A stretch of DNA of 64,000 bases from Glycera tridactyla (lineage: Eukaryota): positions 27,218,001-27,282,000 of the forward strand of contig OZ286477.1 in assembly GCA_965644265.1 (NCBI GenBank), in the 5' to 3' direction. This document shows positions 35,950-48,623 of this stretch, one piece after another. The notes under the pieces are model-generated. The model was not told where the DNA came from. It saw only the letters and a program-made list of their open reading frames with translations, and did not search any database. The translations under genes and the position numbers were made by a program. Numbering within the stretch: the stretch's first letter is position 1; every line of letters begins with the position of its first letter.

Positions 35950-38720
35950 ATTCGTTGAGATCCCATGTATGTGAAAATAGACACGAGACCCGAGGCAAAT
36001 TCGAAGCAATCATGATCAATCAGGTGGAGATAGAAGAGCAAGACTCAGGGCTCGGGCATCACTTGAGGTGCCATCCATTTCTCCTCCGTTACAGAAGCCT
36101 ATCTCGGATCTTGGACCAACTCTATGAATACTATTAGACGGGGCAACCGGCTCCCAACACCGCTTACATCTGCATAAATGAAATATTTGCAAATGTTCGC
36201 CCCTCCGACTTTGACGAGGCGAATATGCAAGCTGAGTGCCGTTGACGTGTACATTGCTGATATCTCTCTCAACATTTCAAATAAATACCCAAGAGAGATG
36301 TATGAATTATCATCCTCAGATATTTGTATCTGGCGCAAATATGCCAACCATTACGATTTTGGAGTAATGATCACTATATTTGATTTTGTTAATTGAGACT
36401 CCTCTCATTTGGGCATTCCAAATGCTGCAATCATTACTCTTGATGACAGGGATCATTACTAAGTCTGGTGGGTAATGGATGCCAATCATTTTGATTTCGT
36501 AGTAATGATTACTGGATGAACCAAAATATGGACATTCAACGAGAAATTTTAGGTTCTCGTGTTATCAATGTAAATATTGCCTTGATTACTCTGAAAATAG
36601 GCAACATTACTATTTTCGGTCATCTAAGGTCGATATACCGGCCCATTTATTCACTCCATGTGGTAATTGTGAGATAGCAACAATAGTTGCTGTTATCTAT
36701 TTGATGGGGAAATGTTCAGAATGAGGTCGAGCAACATGTCCGTTCCCTTGGCAACCAGATAAGTCTTTGGGGATGCGATGGTGAGTGTGATGAGGAAATC
36801 AAATGTGGCTATGCTAATGTATCCCACTACTGCTTGTTAATTGGTTGATTTCTCATCTAAAATCAGCGAAATCTCCGATCTCACATGTGTGTGTATGTGT
36901 TACAGATGTGCAGTAATCACTGTTACAGCCAAAACCTCAAAATACCCCAAAAAACTATATTTCTATTGTTAAAGGATCAGTCATTCATAGACTATTTTGG
37001 GTGAATTTTTCTGGTAAATATTCTGAAAAAAATATGGATTGCAGCTCTCACATGGCTGAACGAATAAAATGAGCTATTTCATAGAGAAAAGTAAACTTTG
37101 ATCAAATGATTGAAACCAGTCAACGAAGTATCCAGGTCCTCTGGCGTTAATCCCCCCCCCCCCCCTCAATTATAGATAAATGAATATATTCAACCAATAT
37201 TCATTGGGAGAAATGGTGAAAGGATATCACCATTTTCGTTTTATTCTGAGTCACATAATTTCACCGAGGTGGGAAAAGGTAAACGAGTCAATTGGGTATC
37301 CATTTGTACTGACAGGAATAATGTTTTACAATTGCGTAATATATGTGGAGCCATTACAATGCATCTGCGAGCTAGGTATATTTTTCACTCCACAAGGACA
37401 ACTAAAACCCTGTCGATGGCACACATTTTGAAAAATCGGTTTGTGTTGGCTTCTGACATTGACAGATGATGAGAAATCAACACGAGGCTGTAATTTACAG
37501 TGCTGAAATTGACACAATGAAGTGTACAAATGTTGGAGCGATGGTTGCACGAAATAGTAAAATATCTGTTGGTGGACGGCAGGAACGGCATCCATCTTGC
37601 TGGAGAGAGGTTCGGGCCTTGTGTTACACCCGCCAGCCGATCAATAATATCCGCGCATGCAGCCACATGAGAGCGATCAGTCTTGCTAGTGGAAGCCAAT
37701 TTCCAGTTGACTATACGCTCAGCCTATCAGCCAGCACCGAATTCCCTGATCGTACCGTAGTCAAATGAAAGAAAAATACCACCGATGTTACAAAAATATA
37801 CACAATGCTGCAATTGTACACTTGACCTCCTCATTGAGGCATATCCTCGACGTTTTACAGCTATCATGTGTTGTCGAATATATCCATATATCATCCTCTT
37901 AACTAATGTTCAGATGCCGAATTTTGACGGGGTTGAGGCTTTTTCCACGTAGTAGATAAGTCACTCATAAATGTTCGAATTATTATCACAAATGCACATG
38001 CAAGCAACCCATGCGCCTGTCTCTTCGGGGACTAGTGGGCTCTGTTCAATAGTCAATTTGTGGCTCTGTGATCACGTTTAGGCTTTCGACAGCAATTTTC
38101 CATATTCAAATATCCACTGCGATACAATGGTAGCAACGAAATTGTAAGTCCTGCTATTCAATGTCTGTCGCCAAAATCCCAGCCTGCCATGGGCAAGACC
38201 AACTCATTTTCAATCCTTCTGGCACGTGTACTCCGTCCTTTACATGATGCCAACAATTTTGGCCAGAAGCCAGAATCGTATTCTAGCAAGCGATCTTACG
38301 AGAGACTTGCCAAGTTAGGTTAGACGCAATCCAAACACATATGCTGAAGTCAAAGGTGGCGAAATGGCAACAATCGCAACTTCGTATCCTCTCGAATCGA
38401 ATATATTCTATCAATCCATGAAAGGTAAGTATGATATCCACCTATATTCAAGTAGTAACCTTGGATATCACGTTATGTTTGCTGTTAGGAGCAGAAATAT
38501 TTCGATGAATATATGACCAATTCTCCGAGATTCTCTCACGTATCCATATGTGAATGAACGCCTCGTGGTTGGAATGTTGTTTTCTTGCAAACACTCTGAA
38601 ACAGAAAAATTTTGAGCTTATTAGATCAGTATCTGCAAAAATGATATCAGGCACCACTATCATACAATTTTGGTTAATTTGCTGTTATCAAATCAGTGTG
38701 ATTTTCCTGTTTATATTCTT

Positions 38721-38724
<4 letters not shown>

Positions 38725-38765
<41 letters not shown>
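38725..38765. repeat. (TA)n microsatellite
   Basis: Direct repeat. Confidence 0.95.
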
Positions 38766-38766
<1 letters not shown>

Positions 38767-40990
38767 TTCTATCGATCTGCAGCTATTTCTGGCACTACAT
38801 GACTAGTAAAAACGAAACAAAATATAAGCATACTGCAACCAAATTATGGGGATAAATATGGTGGTGAAACAGCTGACCTAGCTGCAGTATAATACGAAGG
38901 TGAAATATGATCTCAAGCGTATTTGGTTGATCCATATTGACACATAATGGTTTGTGACTGCATCAATTCATTCCAACGAATTCGGTTTGAAGTAATCAAG
39001 GATGAATACAGCCATGGTGAATTTTCATTTTGTGCCATCCATATACTGTCTTGATCAACTGGCGCCGTATAATTTGGCAAAAATATAGCATAGCTGACAT
39101 ACGAGCTTGTGCTTGCTTATACTTGAATTTAACTGGGGTAACGGCTGTTGGAAATGAATGAGAAACGCTGAGGTAGGATCTCAGATATTCGACTTCCATG
39201 AGGTCATTTGTATAGCTAACGAAAATCACGGATGTTCGCATATATATCCTCTATTCACTAGCTCCTACCTTTGGAAGAGCATCATCCGCAATATTCATTG
39301 CAGTTATTAGTAATCCATGCAGTGGATAAGACCAGATTCGTTAGATTTGGATACGAAGAGACAATGCTATCCATGTGAATTCCTGCAACATGGCGTGTTC
39401 GTAAGTCCAGTTCGAAAAGAGAGTGCGGTGCCCGGCATTTCTACGTCAATGCTAAGCTGGCGGCCAGTCGAAGCGTCTTTATACAGTTTGGGGCTAACCA
39501 TAATGGCAAGTAACTCCGTACTAAATAACATAAAACTAGTTTATACCGCATTCTAATTGGCCAGTTTGCAAATATATCACTCGGGCGTTAACAGTAATGG
39601 TGTGATTAAACATATTACCCCCATCTCTCAGCAGAACTGCTAGTTTAGCGCCCATTGGCAATCTCGTGCTTTTTTTTGCCATAAAATAGACAGTTAGGAG
39701 CGGGTCTATGAGCGCGCGCGACAGAATAGCAGAGTTGTGCAGGGCGTGTGGGATCATTTGCTTGCCATTAGCACATGTTTTATGTGACGATCCGACATGG
39801 CTGAATGTAAAAAAGCCGTTCCGATTCGCTGCTGTCGGTCTAACATAAACAATGTTCATTCACTTTGGCTAGACGGCCCACATGTCGTGCCCGAGGCCCA
39901 TTTATAGACGGCGAGAATGACTTTTACTATTGTTTCATCGTGAAGTCATTCCTAAGCTAGCCCATGATGCTATTGTACATGAATCCTCGTGAAGTCAGGC
40001 ACAAGAGAATCACAGATTGGAATGGCTTGAAGGGATTCTATATGGATAACAAAATGGGAAATTTACACATAATTTAGAAAATAAAAGTTTCTGTCAATAA
40101 AGTTCCGATATATTTATCGGAAGATCTGGTTTCTTTCAGGCTCACCCTCTATGTAGGAAGACTCTATAAAGAGAGAATTTCGCACAAATGTGTGAAGAAA
40201 TATTTAGCAATTTTGAGATATTATCAACTGAATAAGATATAAATATATAAATTGAATGAAGCCACATAACGGAGCTGCATTTCGCTGCAAATATAGTGGA
40301 TGCATTTTCCGAAATAATGTTTTGATTTAAATCTGAAATATACAGACGAACAGTGCTTTGTGTTTATATTCCTAGCCCGATGAAAGAGTGGTTGTCTGAG
40401 AAAAAAACGAAATCAAAACTATTCTAGACAAACGCATTTCCCAACCTAGCGATTTCTGATACGAATATCATGTAGAAATAATGACGATATCTTGTGGATT
40501 CACTTGATTCTGACGCACCAATGTGATATCATATTTTACAGGTATGTGAAGTCATCCATCTCTCTTGCACTCGAGATAGATGTATCGCGTGTGGAGGGTA
40601 CTTCAGGGTGGTTATCAAGCATATCATGTGTATCAATCTATTTCATGTGCACCTGATGAATATGTAATCAATATCTTTGATGTTGGACATTATGATCGAT
40701 GCTTGTTCGTCGTGTTGCAGAAATATGAGGAAATCTGGAGACGTCGTGAAACGCATGAATTTGCATCAGCACTAACATATATGTATATCATATCATTCAC
40801 ATTTGTAGGAAACTCAAACAATTTCTTTTTTTCAAATGTGTAATTCTGGTTCAGTCTATAATCCTTTGAAGCGGGTTGGTGAAAATGTAGCGGACAGCAG
40901 GTCAAGTGAAAATTCAATTTAGACCACGAAACAGTGATTTCTGTTTCCGCTTGTGCCAGGTTTACTTTTTTTCTGTCAATGTTGAGAGTG

Positions 40991-41112
40991 CAGTGGTGCC
41001 AATTTCCCGAAAATTCTTGTAAATCCGATAATTGGGTGAACGATAATAATTCCAGAAATTGCTCAAATCTGCTTGGGAGTTCCCAAAATTCAGCTCCATC
41101 CCATTGTCATTG
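40991..41112. mobile_element. Internally deleted MITE family A copy
   Basis: CAGTGGTGCCAATTTCCCGAAAATT...AATTGGGTGAA...AAAATTCAGCTCCATCCCATTG; right end degraded. Confidence 0.7.
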
Positions 41113-43362
41113 GAGATTTGACAAAAACGATAATAATATCTGTCATTATATCATTATTGTTGAGTCAAATATGCACCCTGTGAAAATTCACGAATCCCCA
41201 AAGTGGTTTACATCTATGGTGTCACTCTCATCACTGTACACAAATCTCTCGCATAGTGTACAACCATGGATGGTACAACACCCGTCGCCATGACACTTTT
41301 TGTGAAGCCACATTCGTGACCCCAAACTATCACATTCGTGCACCTTGTTTAAAACTAGGTTATATTCTCCTCCAGGCTACATTTTCTGACGAATAAAATC
41401 ATCAAATCTGACAGCTATGACAATTTTTCTGACAGTTGGCTGCTTGGTTTTTTGGTTATTTGACGTTTCATGAGCACCAGATCGGCTATAATGATAAACA
41501 ATGCTCAGATCTTGTGGGTGTCAGTATCTACATTGTCAGGGTTAAATGATAAAAAATCAGTCACTCGACATGTCACTACAATAATTCAGTTACGTGTGAG
41601 AAATCAATCAGTGAGAACAGTTATTCACATGCTACTATACTGAAGCATTGTTTATCTATTTTCAACTGCTCTTCCTTTTATGTGGTTTTTTCTGACTGAA
41701 ATTAAGCACCCGGAACCAAAATTGGTGGTAGTTGACAATAGAAACAGGCCCCAGCTCGGTGGCATGTGCATAGATATCATAATGGGGTGTTACATATCAT
41801 ATTCGTTTCGAATCTCCAAAGATTTGACTTCATCTTGCAAGGAAGGTTGCAAACTGGAAATCAAATTATCAGCGGCCATGTATATATCTCATTGCAAAAA
41901 ACTCGATTTGTTTGGGTTCGATGTATATTCATTCAATATGAGTTTGACTATCAAGAACTCGATATTTCCAATATGAGACCTTTTGTAAACTAATTGAATT
42001 CCATAATCACTTACGGAGGATATATGCTTGTTTTTTTATTCACCTCGCAAAAGCCTAGAAATTTCCTTGAATCATTCTCCCTCGATCTGATGTGTTCAAA
42101 ACTCCAGATTTCCCCCTCGCTCTGATTCAAGTCCGCATATTCTGATTTACAGACATATTTATTTTCTGAGACGGTGCCCAGCGTCAGAAAGAGTTATCGA
42201 ACAAATATTGTCTTTTCTGCTTCGAGTAAGAATTGTAATTAAGACCATTATTTGCTACGTGTGAATTATCCTCAAGGCACGCACTAATATGAAAATTAAT
42301 TAATTAATATTACAACTGAATACGGTTGATTGATGTTTTCATCATCCATACATAACATAGGCTTATCTCCACAAATACAGATGTAAATATAATTTTTCCT
42401 ATCTCAGTGTGAAAGTGGATATGATGGATATAACACATACCCATACATTACATGGCTTTGTTTCCACAAATACACTTGTAAAAATATTTATCGTTATTCT
42501 ATGTAAACATGAGTGAGTTGTGTGATATTTTTAATGAAATGGTCTTATCCTCTTTTCATCTGTCTCTGTTTTGCTGAACACAACTTTATGGGGAAACACA
42601 ACAAATTACATAGGGAAATTTCCAGATGGATGGAAAATCGAATATTCTGCATATCAATCTATATTCATGATGTCGAAAACTTTGTGGTTAGGCAGATGTG
42701 ATACTGTGCATATAGCAAACAATTTATAACGAATTTTCGTTCATGACGATTAATTCGGAAGCCACTGCCTTTCACGCGAGAAGACAGATTGCTCTACTGT
42801 TGGGTGGTGTTCAAATGAAGGAGTGGTATACAACATAGACCAAGCAGCTGCCATGGTAGGGAAACAATTAAGAGTGGCGTAGGTATGATATATTGCTAAA
42901 ACTTTGGTGATGGGAACGAGCATGATAATGTACCTTTGGACACTAAAAAGGCGCCAGGCAATGTATCACAGTTATACACAACATTGACAAATTCGCCGAG
43001 CCTGTCCATATTGCTCACGCCGCAAACATATGCGTATAGGCTGGTTTGGAATAACCGTAGATCACATAGACAGGAGTATTGATGTTACTACATGGTGTTT
43101 AGAGGCACCAAGGGAACACAACATGGCCATAACATCGGAGCGACGCGCCTTCGTTTATAATGCAATATTTGTATAATGAAACTTGCAACGGGTATGATGA
43201 AAACACATGGGACGCCGAGCAAATCCCCTAGAGGATGAAATTGATCTATCGACGCATGTAAGTTTCGTGGCAAAGTGGACAGCTCGCTAGCTTCGTGTTA
43301 ATTTCCAACCCAACCCCAAGTTGGAGTCGGTTTGTTGCCCGAACGGGAAGCTTTAGATGCGC

Positions 43363-43417
43363 GAGAGAGACGAGTGAGAGAGAGAACGCGCGGAGTCATG
43401 GCGTGGCGGCCATCTTG
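43363..43417. promoter_or_regulatory. GAGA repeats plus YY1/Pho motifs (PRE-like signature)
   Basis: GAGAGAGA..GAGAGAGAGA (43363-43385), ATGGCG (43398-43403) and GGCGGCCATCTTG (43405-43417) in a CpG-rich patch. Confidence 0.35.
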
Positions 43418-46400
43418 GTTTTCATCCTGTTCTCTCCACCTCTTCGCGTACATGCTAGCGTATTTCTCGTGATTTATTCCCCCGCCTGGATTTGTCGCTT
43501 AAGTGGATAAGATAAGAAAACTCGTAATCTCTCTGACCTACCTGGCATGCTGCCCATTTTGCTTCCGTCTTGCTTGATTTCGTTGTGTTTATGACCAGTC
43601 AGTTCAACACAGCGTTTGCCACTCGGGCCGTCATTCGAGCCTGCAACCAGGCAACAAAAACATACAACGAAATATTACGGCATTCCGCCATATTTCAACA
43701 CTGGAGTGTAGCCATGTATCTTGCCAGACTCGTGCCATTTCGACCCACCTCTGTCATCGATTTTAGTTCTAATGAAACAGGCACACTATCAAACTCCCAC
43801 TGCTTTGTTTATACCCGTCTCAAATATGGCCGTGTACCAATTTCCGCTCTGTTTCCGAGTTTGATTAATCATTATCGCATTATTTTCACGGAGACGGTTG
43901 CTTCACCGCTGCATTTTCATCAATCATAAACATACAAGTGAATCTATGGGATTTAAGAGACAATGATTCCATGTATACATGAAATATCATCATAAACTTC
44001 GAAAGAAGGGTTCTCATATTTGTTTTCGCCTAAACTAGGTTACCATCAAGAGTAAAATATACTTCCCAAACTTTTATTTACACTGATAACACTGATAATT
44101 TTTCCTACTTTCGCTAGTACGCATGTTGGATTAAGATCAGATCTTGAGGCTATCTTCGAAAAGGTGCTACTCAGGTGGTCTGAAATTTTGTGATTCTTCC
44201 GATATTTGATAATTTCCCATCTATCATTATATCAAACTCCAAATATGATATTCAAAATTTGATCTATTTTGTGCTGAAAGGCACTGGGCATTTTGTATTT
44301 AATACACAAAACAATTCAGGCAAGTGGTCAATTTTTTATTTTGAAAGGGCAATTATTTCGAGTGGAGAGGCCACTATTATCATCATGGTGAAGAGTAAAA
44401 TTCTAGAGGCTTATTTCCAAACGAATTCATGAGAATGGAAGTAGAACAAAATATTTTTGCCTATATCCCGTATACTTTTTTGAACATATTTCACTGCCCC
44501 ATAATGACAAGTAAATGGCAGAGATATACTCATGCATTTCACTAACAGTCCGTGCTGTTATACTGGATTGAATTGAAACTCAGTCTATATAGGTATCACA
44601 TTACTCTTTCTGCTCACGACACCAAACAAAAATCAAAACAATCCATAAATGTCACTATGCCACCCGTAATTCATACGGACATACAGTCATCCCGCATAGC
44701 TCAGAAATTGACAAGGGACATGCAGGATAGTTGATCTATTTCTACGTGCAGAGCAAATCTTGCGGCATTGGATGGCTTTGAAATAAACATCATTCGATGT
44801 GGAAGGGACCACCACTCATCGCGCGGGACACATTCATTTCACGACAGGTTGGGTCAGGGAGCAAATTCGTCAGTTGCTCCGATGCATAGAATCATATAAA
44901 TTGCCCGAAATAAATGGCTTCTTTTGGAGATTTTCAACGTGTATAATGCATTATGGCTAGAGTTATGGCCTAGCTCTTGGCATTAATTCCCGAGCCTATG
45001 CCACTGTGGATTAGGGCACACTGGCCCCTCGTGTCAGCTCCACCTTTGCCAATATCGGCCGAAATTAAATTATTTCACCGGCGTTAAAAACGAATTTGCC
45101 AATCTCACACGTCAGTTTTGCCTCAACATTTTTTTCATTTCACCCAAACTGAGTTCCTGAATGAGCTGCGCCAAATGCTCACTATCCGCACTCGCTATTC
45201 GGCAGCAACTTGAAACGAAATTCAGATTAATTTCACAGATATCTTCTGATTTATCGTGCGAAACTCGTAGTAGATTTATTGCAGAATTGAATTCACCTAC
45301 ACTTGAATACTAGCATGTTTGTCCGTATGATTCATAGCGGATAAAGATTGATGAATCAAGCTGGTTCACAGCATGGCCATTTCATTCATGATTGGCTTGA
45401 ATGGATGTATCACTCAATTCTTTCGAAAGAAATGTGAGGAAAAATACCAAAAGAATAACATCGACAGGTCACTACTCTAAATACCGATGCTGATATCGGG
45501 AGAAAAAATTATAAATCAGAAATTTCGTTGAAAAAAATCAACCCAATATTTTTTTTTCATTTTGCGTTTATTATGGGAGATTTCGGACCGTGATTCGAAG
45601 TATTCCCTCGCCTCATTGCTGTCACTTTAATAACAAAAACATGGAATATATGAGAATGAAACTACAGCTTTTTGGTGAATCCGAACCTAGGTCTTCAAGC
45701 ATGACAGCAACTGTCTAGCAATTCTAGGAGCAAGTAATATGTGGTTTACGTTTTTTTTCTCATAATGGAGTGTGTTATGATGGGGAAATACAAGGCTGCC
45801 TCTGGCGTTTTGTCGCTGTTCATTTGTAGTATATGTGGACACTTGACCAGGACTTATGGGGATTCAACTCATGAATGATCCATCATCGCGTCTCACGTGG
45901 TTCAAACTGACACCCATTTGTATTTGTCCTGAGTGGGCTTTTTATTTCAGAGCAACTTGTCAGCAATTTGTCACCATCATAACTCCAGGCAAAAGCTCTG
46001 GTCTCCTGTGTACATACGAGATCGCGATAAATGATGACACTACAGACACAAGCCTGTTCTCCCCATGAAGACCCACATTCCCTGCATTAGAGTATTTTGC
46101 TGTTAAGCTGAAAACTTATATGAAAATTAAAATTCAAAAATTGCTGCGAGTTTACGGGGTCATCCTGCCTTGACAATTAGATATTTTTGACAAAATATTC
46201 GACCATGCTTGATTTGGCTCTATCTGAGAGGCGGTGGGACAGGAAAAATACAGGCAGACAGACAGACATACAGGCACACAGACACACAGACAGACCCTCT
46301 GATATAGACATAAACAAAACACCAGAACGAAGCCACACTGCTCAAACGAAACTCCAGAAATCCAATAGAAACCATGAAACTACAGCTTCATAACAAATAG

Positions 46401-47621
46401 GGAAAAATACATCCCTTTTCAAAGCGCGCAATTTCTTCAAATTTCATTCGTGTTACTAGTGTATTTCTTCATGAAACACAACACAACACTTTTGCCTGGG
46501 ATATTATTCATTGAAACAAAGGACGTCGACCCATGTGGTCAGCACACAAGTTTGGTGGATAATTTATCTCCCTAGGTGCTTGAAACTGTTAAAAATGTGC
46601 ATATTAAAACCTGCTCGCTTTGTCTGGGCTCAGCGTTGATTGGTGGAGTGTGAAAACGATGGCTGCCTAGATTAAGGGAGATTCGACGAGAGGCAAATGA
46701 GAGACGACTGCGATTTATCAGAGATTAATTATAGATGCAGGTTTTCTAAAGGCTTTCTGTCCAGTTATCTAGCGATATTTATAACGGATGTCCCTTCAGC
46801 TAGAAGCTGCCACCACTCCGTAATCCATCGAAAATAGAAGCAGAGATCGCCATCCATCATCCTGTAATTCTTGCTGTTGAGATGCTCTCCACTACAGTTA
46901 GTTTCACAGAATGATGGTAGATATACCACGCCTTAACATCTCTCACAGTTACCCTTGCAAAGGCTTTTAAGTCCCAAAAAGCAAATCCCGACCAAAGCAA
47001 AAGTCATATGTTGTAAATGACATGCTTTTTGAAGGTTTGGGAATCCAGAGTGTCACAAAACCCCCATGAAAAGTCAGATTAGTGGGATATTTGTATTTGT
47101 TGAAGTCATTTTAATTGAGAAAGTTTTTGGATTGAGCTGGTGGTTGGAAGCTAGAAGTTTTGCTAGCCTTTTTTTTTTTTTCATTTTTTGAAGATCTTTC
47201 TCCATGATGAGGACATCAAAATTTCAAAAGTTCTTGAATTGGGTTGGTGGAGTTGGTATATAGTACCACTCGTAAAACTCAGAATTTCCACATTTGACCA
47301 TATATCCTAACTGCCATCATTACTACGGAAAGATAGCAATCATTACCACCTTTGTTCATCAAAGCTTGCTTCCCTGCTCGAGTATACTTCAATTCAATGA
47401 AATCTCATCAGACAAACTTAGAGATAAGAGTGGAGTCAGATTTGGGTGTTGGTAGCGACTGATTTCTTTCAGGTCAACCGAGAAAGTTGTGACCAAAGTT
47501 TGTGAAGAATTAACATCATTCTGCGTGTCATCATCAGCTTCGTTACAACATACGTGCTATCCTAATATGGAATGGACTACAAAGTGAGGCTTGTGCCGTA
47601 TCATCAGAGAGTAGTGACGCA

Positions 47622-47659
47622 ATCAATCATGCCTTGCTGACGTCATTAATCAGCTGACA
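47622..47659. promoter_or_regulatory. Dense Pbx/Hox, CRE, E-box and Meis motif cluster
   Basis: ATCAATCA (reverse complement TGATTGAT), TGACGTCA, CATTAATCA (reverse complement TGATTAATG), CAGCTG and TGACA within 38 bp. Confidence 0.45.
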
Positions 47660-48549
47660 TCTACTTAGTTGGGTGATCTATTTCTGCGACTTAGCTCCTA
47701 TGACAGTGGCGATGGCGGACAAAGCCCCATCATCATGGCTGCTGTTTTCATCCCTCCGATTAACACCTTGGCATCACTTCACACTTGATCCTCTTGCTCA
47801 CTGCGCGTGTGATAAGACACGTGAGCACTTATTATCTGCTCATGTGACAGGTCAACCAGGCTTGTGAGCATCTGGACTTGCACCAAGTATTAGTGGCGGT
47901 AACAATCACTGTGCTCTATACAATGATGAAATGGCGTAGGGTTTCCATATGCATCACCCATTCATTATTTCTGCATGCATCACCTCTTAACCGTTCTCCA
48001 AGTTTCTCATTATATGATTATCACATCTGTCGATTGTATTTCTCCTCGGTTGAGCAATACCATCATTCTTTTGTCCCTCACCCTGATCCATCTGCCTTCA
48101 AAATTTCTAGTGTCCCTTAGCATAAAACCTAGACATAGGAAGTCCCGGGCAATCGTAGGCCAACCGACATACAGAACGAGAGAGTGAAGAAGATGCATGG
48201 TTGAATGGCTGGATGGTTGGGTGGATGTGTCAATGAATAAACGGGTGGATAAATGGATGAGTGGATGTATATTCCGGGTGAATGAATGGATTGAATGGTT
48301 GATCGATTCATTTGCACATACCTACTCAGAGGATGAGGCATGCTTTGTGTCCAATTATTGTGAAAGTTGGATATCCTGTTCCCAAGCAGGCATNNNNNNN
48401 NNNNNNNNNNNNNNNNNNNNNNNNNNNNNNNNNNNNNNNNNNNNNNNNNNNNNNNNNNNNNNNNNNNNNNNNNNNNNNNNNNNNNNNNNNNNNNNNNNNN
48501 NNNNNNNNNNNNNNNNNNNNNCGATGGGAAGATGCTGATACAGGCAGTG

Positions 48550-48550
<1 letters not shown>

Positions 48551-48620
<70 letters not shown>
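48551..48620. repeat. (CA)n microsatellite
   Basis: Direct repeat. Confidence 0.95.

Positions 48621-48623
<3 letters not shown>

Noticed and set aside
45672-45730. tRNA-Asp-like sequence on the minus strand (CTGTCA..GAAGACC..GGTTCGGATTC)
   Set aside because: It cannot fold into a cloverleaf; at best a decayed SINE head, too short to support.
47878-48120. MMKWRR as a possible homeobox helix 3
   Set aside because: No WFQNRR or any other homeodomain residue around it.
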